DNA of 64,000 nt from Verrucomicrobiales bacterium (GTDB lineage Bacteria; Verrucomicrobiota; Verrucomicrobiia; Verrucomicrobiales; V1-33), in NCBI GenBank assembly GCA_031411295.1, contig JANOAV010000086.1:60242-124241 (forward strand), in the 5' to 3' direction. The notes beneath the pieces were generated by a model that saw only the letters and a list, made by a program, of their open reading frames with translations, was not told the origin of the DNA and did no database searches. Position 1 is the stretch's first letter; every line of letters begins with the position of its first letter. Of this stretch, positions 39,101 through 46,112 are shown piece after piece. The position numbers and the translations under genes are program-made.

Positions 39101-41808
39101 TGAAACCCGGTAATCTTACCACCAGTTGGCAATTCGACGGCGTGGGAAATGTGCTCAAGGAAACTCGTCCTGACGGCAGTTACACCACAAACACCTACGA
39201 CGGCCGGGATCGCCTTATTTCCTCCATCGTTAGCCATCAGGAAATGGTCAACGGTGTGCCGACTTGGGTTAACGATTCCGCTTATTACGAATATGACGTT
39301 GAGGGCCGACTCACCAAAACAACCAGCCCCATGGGCAAAATTTCCACCCGCCAGTATTCCGTTGGCGGTCTGCTCCGCTTCGAAACCTCCGGTGTCGGCA
39401 CAGTAGATGCCGCCACTACCGAATATCAATACGACAAAGGCCGCCTGTGGAAGAAAATAGCCCCTGATGCCAAGCTTACCACCTACGCCTACGACAGTAT
39501 GGGGGCAGTCTCCCAAGTCACGGATTCTGCTGGTCGCACTACCATCACTCTGCGCGACGCATTTAGCCGGGTTGCTCAAGTAACTTTGCCTGATACAACT
39601 ACCACGAAAAAAGGCTATGATGCCCTGGGCTATGGAAGGCTGCTGTGGGACGAGGATCAGAATGGCGCCAAGACCTCCTATGATTACGATCTCGCAGGCC
39701 GACTCATAACACTCACCGATCCCAAGAACTCAGTCCGTCAATGGCAGTATAATCTCCGGGGCCAGCTCATCACCAAAATCTGGCCTGACACCACTACAGA
39801 TTCATACAACTACACTGGCGCAGGACTGTTGCTCAACCACACTGCCCCCACCGGCGTTGTGGAAACCTACGCTTACGATGCAGTTTACCGCCTTAGCAGC
39901 CGAACTTGGAGTGGTGGTCCCGTCTCTGCTCCGCCTCCAATTGTTTACACCTACGATTCATTAGGCCGCGCTTCCACCATTAGCCGCCAAGATGGCGCTT
40001 ACATTCAGAATCAAGTCACCTACACCTACGACGGCCTCAGCCGCAAGAAATCCGAAGCCCTCTACAATTCGATTTCTGCCACCACCCGCACCGTCACTAC
40101 CGCCTACGATGCCGATGAACAAATCTCGAAACTGACCTACCCTGACGGCACGGTGAACGATTACAACTACACGGCAAGGGGACAACTCAAGCAGGTGCTC
40201 AATGGCGGGCCACCTCCAGTGGGGACATATACCTATGACCTGGCCGGGCGCGTCACAGGGCTAGCCATGGAAAATGGCGTCAACACTGCCATCTCTCATC
40301 AGCCTACCACAGGCCAAATTTCCACCATCACCCACAGCAAGGCTGGCAGCACGCTGGAACAAGTCGGTTACACACTGAACCCCCAGAACGACCGCCGCAC
40401 TGGCGTTGCCCGCAGCAATGGATGGAATGACACCTACAGCTATGACCATGCCGGCCAAGTGACCTCCCGTAGTTCCACCACCGGGAGCCTGAGTGAGTCG
40501 TTTGCTTACGATGCGGCGGGTAATCGCACCGCTTACACAGAGAACAGCACCACGGTGAACTCTGTAGCCGATAATTTGGACCAATACTGGCTCTACAACG
40601 GCAACTACGGCGGAGGAGCCGTGACCCATGACAACAATGGCAATCTGACATCGATTTCCCTCCGACAGATGGTGCCATTAGCAGCAACTCCGCTGGATTT
40701 CACCTGGACGGTGGAGAATCTGCTCATGCGCAGCACCAAATGGAATGCCACCAAGACCCAAATACTAGACCGCGTCGAGAATACTTTCGATGCCCTCCAA
40801 CGTCGCATCGCCAAACAGCATTACGATGCAGCGGGCAACTTGCTCAAACAAAGCACCTTCGTCTATGATGGTTGGAATGTGGTGGAGGAAAATGAAACCA
40901 AACGCGCCGATGCGAGCAGCGCTTGGACGAGCGTTACCCGGCGCTACACCTGGGGGGCGGATGTCAGCGGCACCATGCAAGGCGCAGGCGGCGTGGGTGG
41001 CCTGCTCATGGCCGAAGAAATTGTGGGCTCCTCTGCCCCCGTAGCGCATTACTATCATTACGACGGAAATGGAAACGTCCTAGCCATCACAGATGCCAAC
41101 GGAACCGTGGAAGGCCAATACCGCTACAACGCGTTCGGCAGCCAAACCTCAAACACTGCCACCGTAGGAACCTACGCAGCCACTCAACCCTACCGCTTCA
41201 GCACCAAGTATTTGGACGATGAACTAGGCGTGGCAGGCGGCCTGTATTACTACGGCTACCGCTTCTACTCGGCGGAAATGGGCCGATGGCTTAATCGGGA
41301 TCCACTTTCCAATTTAAGATGGGAATCAGACACTCCATTGGACAACGAAACGACGGGCGGGGCCATATTTTTCGAGGGGGAAACCAATATCTATCAGTTT
41401 CTAAGAAATGATGGATTAGGGAAGACTGACTATTTAGGATTGGCGGATAATAGCGTAACTGCTACAATTGAGGCCTGTATGAAGCTGCCCACAGCAGCAC
41501 AACGCGCCGAATGTTTAGAATCGTTGGCGGAAAGCACTGACTGCCTTACCATCAAGGCGAAAATCGAAAACATGGGCAGAACTCAGCGATTCATGGCTAC
41601 CGAGAAATTTCAAAGAATGGGAAAAACTGCTGAAGAGCTAATCGGATCTGGGAGCAAAGGCGTAAAGGGTTTCCCAGGGGATAAGTTAGGCAAGACTTAC
41701 AAGGAGATTCTTAAAGCCGCTAAGGACGGCGAAGAATGGGCAAAGAAACTCAAAAAGCTCATAGAACAGGCAGGTCGACTCGGTGACAAAGGGAATTTAA
41801 AAGATTAA
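36190..41808 (+). CDS. RHS/YD-repeat polymorphic toxin with Sec signal peptide
   Basis: Many YD..G repeats, core end PYRFSTKYLD..GLYYYGYRFY...GRWLNRDPL, cleavage motif DYLGL, and a 121-aa C-terminal tip. Confidence 0.93.
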   Translation: MKKSVLFVLGLFASGVLSGQTTPPEIFPHCLNDEDPSRICPECPEEDSLCEGSEGTATNSGNGQVTTHDAQVGGALGTSISNHGMGRSYLDGNGVGPVNGGMPLAFERIGTTRIATQNYLEGRFGQGGAWVHNYSYSAYDETDSNDKIGIAFSLPTGREVHFRWSASQTQWLISSINTESGALVTRANLPYSITVAGSDYTLTEASGKKYLFKRIPVPGSSPTTYFYRIDRVTDVYGHNHIFGYDTAASADPASVTDGTGSKLIFTYNTVASAAVERVRFDKRVTTSGMTDLRTENYSDERLPGLVDTNAATLGAWMSFEITDTSSIAAIPACQMWAVFTTNRGASSVPLAIGEIELYDETGAIITGGTAFGSPGVDTSHEAAKVRDNIATNAADLAAANCWRPSFQRNAYCGVDFGTLRKKVRKVRLWIPDVPGVTRISGAVRNASFQIVGMQSGLAQPQKVLAQVVGRHASAPTEDAVSLDFTYAEQGDGIFGRVNLDDVYNNNNVSVASNDYYQIRPYTRNVLSGSYDTNSKSSVSHRAEFYTDGSLGTVWKNYAGDMQNGVGNVNLLRTTLTAQDASHPIMTTGNKAVRYSMNSGTGYSGAAVTVSNGNVRKKEFTTTANSATTTTQKFFTYHNSGAGFLATKRDQNGNLTEYARDSFGRATSIKTYDGAPLLQNSETTFSGPLVTQKKVTNYRPDGTSDIRITDYAYTAGQLSSITYPTDAMNRRAVESWTYSSLPGSLEKVIASHTFSDGSVESWARNPTTGLVTSHTNRHGATTTYAQVYGYSPTITTTDPFSFTSSVWTNGDQTIATNANSRDDWMSGFPGSFGAEYSFSDVPGVGALNGRWIYKDDLRRVVKTEDDLGRITLTEYESPTGGGGCGCNSGANPTLITAPDGSKTRFYYDGAWRRTAMIVAADTTQAVRTDYEYDSVGNLTKEYLPYAGGTTRPTNHPYTEHTYDGNNRRKQTVKPGNLTTSWQFDGVGNVLKETRPDGSYTTNTYDGRDRLISSIVSHQEMVNGVPTWVNDSAYYEYDVEGRLTKTTSPMGKISTRQYSVGGLLRFETSGVGTVDAATTEYQYDKGRLWKKIAPDAKLTTYAYDSMGAVSQVTDSAGRTTITLRDAFSRVAQVTLPDTTTTKKGYDALGYGRLLWDEDQNGAKTSYDYDLAGRLITLTDPKNSVRQWQYNLRGQLITKIWPDTTTDSYNYTGAGLLLNHTAPTGVVETYAYDAVYRLSSRTWSGGPVSAPPPIVYTYDSLGRASTISRQDGAYIQNQVTYTYDGLSRKKSEALYNSISATTRTVTTAYDADEQISKLTYPDGTVNDYNYTARGQLKQVLNGGPPPVGTYTYDLAGRVTGLAMENGVNTAISHQPTTGQISTITHSKAGSTLEQVGYTLNPQNDRRTGVARSNGWNDTYSYDHAGQVTSRSSTTGSLSESFAYDAAGNRTAYTENSTTVNSVADNLDQYWLYNGNYGGGAVTHDNNGNLTSISLRQMVPLAATPLDFTWTVENLLMRSTKWNATKTQILDRVENTFDALQRRIAKQHYDAAGNLLKQSTFVYDGWNVVEENETKRADASSAWTSVTRRYTWGADVSGTMQGAGGVGGLLMAEEIVGSSAPVAHYYHYDGNGNVLAITDANGTVEGQYRYNAFGSQTSNTATVGTYAATQPYRFSTKYLDDELGVAGGLYYYGYRFYSAEMGRWLNRDPLSNLRWESDTPLDNETTGGAIFFEGETNIYQFLRNDGLGKTDYLGLADNSVTATIEACMKLPTAAQRAECLESLAESTDCLTIKAKIENMGRTQRFMATEKFQRMGKTAEELIGSGSKGVKGFPGDKLGKTYKEILKAAKDGEEWAKKLKKLIEQAGRLGDKGNLKD

Positions 41809-41811
41809 ATA

Positions 41812-42171
41812 ATGGTAGATATTCAAAATTTAAGAGAAATTTTACGATACGAAAGCGCTAATGATCTCAAGACTGCAATCGTTCTATGTAAAGCCCTCTT
41901 GGAAAGAAATCAGCTAGCTTCCAATCTATGGTTGTTGCTAGGCAGATTATACCAAAAAATTGAACCACCAGGATCAGATGAGGCGCTCCATGCGTTGCGC
42001 CATGCGTTCGATCTGGCAAACATTTGCGACCAAACGTCAGTTGACGCGCTCGCGGAGTTATATTTCATCGAGAATCTTGCCGACGATCCTTCATCTTCAG
42101 AAAAACTTTTGGTGGATTTGATTTATCGCATTGAGCAGTTAAAGCACTTTATTCACGAATCAACCGAATAA
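41812..42171 (+). CDS. Putative RHS immunity protein (helical/TPR-like)
   Basis: Starts 3 nt after the RHS stop, is small and acidic, and is visibly AT-richer like the toxin tip. Confidence 0.72.
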   Translation: MVDIQNLREILRYESANDLKTAIVLCKALLERNQLASNLWLLLGRLYQKIEPPGSDEALHALRHAFDLANICDQTSVDALAELYFIENLADDPSSSEKLLVDLIYRIEQLKHFIHESTE

Positions 42172-42382
42172 ACCCCACTTGAGGTCGACGCCTGAAAATA
42201 TTACGCGCCATTTACCACAGGTTTCCCTATTTCTGATTCGCAAGCCCCGCCATTGCTGCTTGTAACTTTCCCGCCACTGTGAATGCAAAACGGGCCAGTC
42301 TTAGATCGCACTGGTCCCAACCCGCACCGCGTGTTGAGCACATTTCCATTGCATTAAAGTTTCCTCTGCTCCAGCCTGCCTC

Positions 42383-42961
42383 ATGTTGAAGTTAAGCCAC
42401 TTCCCCTTCAAGACCAGCATCGTTGCCACGATCCTGTGTTACGTCATCGTCGAAAAGCCCCCTGGAGGCCCGCTTTACGTCGGTCTGGCCACCTCGGCCA
42501 AGGATCTTAAGACTTATCGCACTGAGTTCTACCCGCTTTCCGGATTTCCCATGTATGGGGAGTTTGCAGACAACCCCATCATCACCTTCTACACGGACGC
42601 CCAGGATAAGCCCATGGCCACCAACCAGTTCACCAGCGCTGGCGCCACCGCCTTGAAGAAGGACTACTACGGCCTGCTCCAGGAGGGCGTCAGTAATGCC
42701 AAGAAGAGCGATCCCAAGAAATACGCCGGTCTCCGCACCGCCGACGCCCCGTTGGAAATCAAGCAAGCGGCAGGGAAACAGACGTTGCGGGATTTCCTAA
42801 CTGTTCGCTGTAAAACCTGGTCGGAGGCCAATCCAGACAAAGTCCTCCGGCTCTACGAAGGCGTGTTGCGCACGCCGCCGGAAGGTGGCCCAAAGGCACT
42901 CGTCAACACCCTCCTGGCCGAAGGGTCTTACCAATCCGTTTCCTCCTCACCCACCCCATGA
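42383..42961 (+). CDS. Hypothetical HTTM-partner protein
   Basis: N-terminal hydrophobic segment and EFYPLSGFPMY motif; ATGA overlap with the next gene. Confidence 0.65.
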   Translation: MLKLSHFPFKTSIVATILCYVIVEKPPGGPLYVGLATSAKDLKTYRTEFYPLSGFPMYGEFADNPIITFYTDAQDKPMATNQFTSAGATALKKDYYGLLQEGVSNAKKSDPKKYAGLRTADAPLEIKQAAGKQTLRDFLTVRCKTWSEANPDKVLRLYEGVLRTPPEGGPKALVNTLLAEGSYQSVSSSPTP

Positions 42962-44013
42962 ACATTAATTGGTCCCGCTGGATCCACCCCGGCAAGATTC
43001 GCTATGCGGCCTACGAATGGTTCCTCATGCGATTGTTTTTCGGCTACGTCATGTTTACCTCCTTCCGGCAGAGTGGTTACCATCCATTCAAACCCTGGCT
43101 GGCGCACGGCCGGGGCGCTGATTTCATGAGCGCGCCCTATCCGAGAAGCATCGCCCAATTCATGGATGTAACCTGGATCAACCAGCCCGAAAATGTTACC
43201 GCCATCGCGATCACGTTGGGAGTGCTCCTGCTTATTTATCTTTTGGGGATCGCTCCCGTGCTCTGTATGGCTGGATTGGCCTTTTTCCAGATTAGCTTGG
43301 GGGCCCTGGAAAACAGTCAGGGTAACAACGTCTGGCATACCAGCCAAATCGTCGCTTTCTGCATGTTGGGCATCGGCGGGGCCGCCGTAGCGGAAAACCT
43401 CCGCGCCTTGCGGCAAGACGGCCTGACAGCCTTGCGCGCCCTCTGGAGGGAGCGCTATCAATGGCTCGCCTTCGCCCTCAAGACTCCCGCCGTATGGTGG
43501 CGGAAAGCGGTCACTCCCATGGAGTCTCGGCAGGAGGAAAGTCGCAGTTTCACCATCTATATTACCCAGCAATTGATTGCCGTAGCCTATATCGTAGCGG
43601 GCATTTCCAAACTCTGGATCTCCAAGGGCACCTGGTTCACCGATGTGCAAAATATCGGTCTGCAATTCGAAAAAAATCGTCTCCTGAAATATTACCAGAC
43701 CCTCGAAGACCCTGACGTTATTCCGTGGGCCACCGCTTTCGTCAATGCCCACCCCACCTTCACCAGTTGGTTCTTTTCCATCGGTTTGCTGCTGGAGCTA
43801 TTTTGCTTCATCGCTTTGCTCAATCGCGCTTTCATGGCCGCTTTTGGCGTGGGCTTGGTCGTCATGCACCTCATGATTGCCATGATCATGACCCTCGAAT
43901 TCTATTATAATGAAATGATTGCCACCATCTTCCTGGTCAATCTTCCGTTCTGGATCGTCTGGCTGGGCCAGCGTTTGCAGGGGAAAAGTGAAAGCCGCCA
44001 GGTCCCCACCTAG
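42958..44013 (+). CDS. Polytopic membrane protein, HTTM/SdpB-like
   Basis: Multiple TM helices with VWH, YIVAGISKL..W, LLLELF and GLVVMHLMI motifs. Confidence 0.68.
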   Translation: MNINWSRWIHPGKIRYAAYEWFLMRLFFGYVMFTSFRQSGYHPFKPWLAHGRGADFMSAPYPRSIAQFMDVTWINQPENVTAIAITLGVLLLIYLLGIAPVLCMAGLAFFQISLGALENSQGNNVWHTSQIVAFCMLGIGGAAVAENLRALRQDGLTALRALWRERYQWLAFALKTPAVWWRKAVTPMESRQEESRSFTIYITQQLIAVAYIVAGISKLWISKGTWFTDVQNIGLQFEKNRLLKYYQTLEDPDVIPWATAFVNAHPTFTSWFFSIGLLLELFCFIALLNRAFMAAFGVGLVVMHLMIAMIMTLEFYYNEMIATIFLVNLPFWIVWLGQRLQGKSESRQVPT

Positions 44014-44153
44014 CGGCTTTCGGTTTGGTCCGGCAATTCCATAAATAAAACTGCCATTCCCTCCCGTGGGCGCGCGCACCACGAAAATTTGTGCTATCGC
44101 AGCGAGATTATTTCCTCCCTGCCAAGCCAATCGTAAGCTATGCAGCAAAAAAT

Positions 44154-44195
44154 GTCTTGAGCAGATCGGACAATTTTTATGTTGATTCGGACAAT
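44154..44195 (-). promoter_or_regulatory. Tandem 21-bp direct repeat, candidate AraC-type operator
   Basis: TCGGACAAT occurs at 44166 and 44187 (21-nt period), right after the regulator's stop codon. Confidence 0.45.
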
Positions 44196-44216
44196 CGAAC
44201 CGGGGCGTGCCGGGCA

Positions 44217-45083
44217 CTATTTGCGTGGTCCGGGCCCTTTTCTGGAAAGTGGCTTCTTGATCTTTAAAGGGTGGGGCCAATTCCGCCTTCTGAATTCCAA
44301 GGGAGTTTCGCCAGTATGCTTGCGAAATTGTTGGCCAAAGGCGCTTTGATCACAAAAGCCACAATCTGCCGCGATTTCCGAAATCTGTTTATCCGTCTGA
44401 ATTAATTCATCGCTGGCGGCCTGAATGCGGGTTCTCATGATGAATTCCTGCACCGACATGCCAAAGGTCTCATGGAATTTCCGGTTCAACTGCCGTTGGC
44501 TCAACTTTGACAGCTCAGCGACTTGGGTTACTTCGATCCTCCCCCCATGGTTTTCGTGGATATATTCGACCGCCTCCTTGAGCCGGGAAGTATCATCTTT
44601 GGGGAATCGATTCCGTTCGAATGGACGCACAAATCCCATGATACCGATCACGCGGTTGGCATCATCGATGATGGGCAGTTTGGTGGTAACATACCAATCC
44701 TTGGCATGGCTGCGGGAAAATAGGGCCTCCACCCGATCGATGAGCGGTTGGCGCGTCCGCATGACTTGCTCATCATCCCGGCGGATCTCCTTCGCGATGC
44801 GGGGCGGATGGATATCATCATCGGTTAGACCCAAAATTTCGTCTTCACTGGCAAATCCCAAGCGATCCAGCACTCCCCGCCCTCCGGCCACGAAGTGACC
44901 GTGGACGTCCTTGGCGAAAAAGTGCACGTCTGGCAATTGATCAAACAGAAAGCGGAACTGCTGCCCCCCGCCCATGCGCCAGAAAAACGTTTCCTGCGCC
45001 GCCTTGGCAGCAACTGGATCTACCTTGCGGCGGATGACATGCTCAGGCAGGGACTTCGGGACGGGGTTTCTGGAGGAAGACAT
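44217..45083 (-). CDS. PAS-domain AraC-family transcriptional regulator
   Basis: LFDQLPDVHFFAKD..G and WYVTTKLP (PAS); LSQRQLNRKF and CGFCDQSAF..QFRKHTGETP.EFR (HTH). Confidence 0.92.
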   Translation of the reverse strand: MSSSRNPVPKSLPEHVIRRKVDPVAAKAAQETFFWRMGGGQQFRFLFDQLPDVHFFAKDVHGHFVAGGRGVLDRLGFASEDEILGLTDDDIHPPRIAKEIRRDDEQVMRTRQPLIDRVEALFSRSHAKDWYVTTKLPIIDDANRVIGIMGFVRPFERNRFPKDDTSRLKEAVEYIHENHGGRIEVTQVAELSKLSQRQLNRKFHETFGMSVQEFIMRTRIQAASDELIQTDKQISEIAADCGFCDQSAFGQQFRKHTGETPLEFRRRNWPHPLKIKKPLSRKGPGPRK

Positions 45084-45320
45084 GGTTCTTGGGAGAAATG
45101 AGATTTAGCGACCGCGGGCGATCACAACGGATATACGATTCATTGTCGGCATTGGCCAAAATATCACAAAATAATTTCCCTCCGGTTCATAATTTCAGAT
45201 TTGCGAAACTATTCAAGACGTAAATTTGACAGGGGACTCCTTCGGAATCTGAACCGCATTGGGCGCTAAAAATGTGAGTGGACGGCTCGTGCAGATGGCC
45301 AAAACCACCAAGGCACCTCA

Positions 45321-46091
45321 CTATCGCTGGTCGTCAGGACTGGGACCTGGCTGGTCCTTGGCCGGAGGCGGCAGGAGGCGCAGCCTGCGTTGAATATCCA
45401 GCACCATGACCAGCGCAACCACCTCGGCCAAGAGCAGCAACCCCCACAGCCACCAAGCCGCGTAGCGAGGGTTCGCGAGAACCAGAGGCAGCAGGAAGCA
45501 GCCTGCGATGAGCATTACTGCCTTGGCTCCACAGCCAAGGTTAACCGCTACAAATGGTGGCCCTTCATCCCGACAATTTCGAAAGCGCCCCGGCAGGGCC
45601 CAAAATAATCCGACCATGGCTGAAAGCATCGGCCAATGCATTTCGTGCTCGGTGATCGCCTCCACCACCCAATTCCCGAGCCAGTGCAGTTGCTGCCCCC
45701 AAGTCCGCTGCTCACGAATCCCCGCGATCAGCCCCCCCACCGCCACGACGGTGGCAATCACACTCAGGCTCCACCAGCATTTGCGCACTTCCGGGACGAC
45801 TGCGGGAAGGCGGAAATGAGCCTGAAAAATTGGCAGGGCGATTAATAAGGCGACATACTGCGCCAGCAATGGCAAGAGTAAATGCCACACCGTGGCCTCG
45901 CCAACCCAGATAGCCCGGGCACTGAGGTAGCCGGTTATAAGAATGGAAGTCAGCGCAATGGCCGCATTCATTGGATTCATCGCCCCACCTTCCAAGCGCA
46001 GGATTTTGCGCCCATCCTCCACCGTCAACTTGTTGACCAGATAGGGTGAAGCCTTGGGCTTGGAATCGTGTTTTGGGGTGCGTCTAGCCAT
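45321..46091 (-). CDS. Hypothetical integral membrane protein
   Basis: About six hydrophobic helices; co-directional with, and 21 nt downstream of, the glycoside hydrolase. Confidence 0.72.
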   Translation of the reverse strand: MARRTPKHDSKPKASPYLVNKLTVEDGRKILRLEGGAMNPMNAAIALTSILITGYLSARAIWVGEATVWHLLLPLLAQYVALLIALPIFQAHFRLPAVVPEVRKCWWSLSVIATVVAVGGLIAGIREQRTWGQQLHWLGNWVVEAITEHEMHWPMLSAMVGLFWALPGRFRNCRDEGPPFVAVNLGCGAKAVMLIAGCFLLPLVLANPRYAAWWLWGLLLLAEVVALVMVLDIQRRLRLLPPPAKDQPGPSPDDQR

Positions 46092-46112
46092 CGATGGGAC
46101 AATCCTTGGGGA

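Noticed and set aside
44010..44057. 15-aa minus-strand ORF (MAVLFMELPDQTESR) downstream of the AraC-type repeats
   Set aside because: The SD-like GGAGG is too close to the ATG and an ORF this short is expected by chance.
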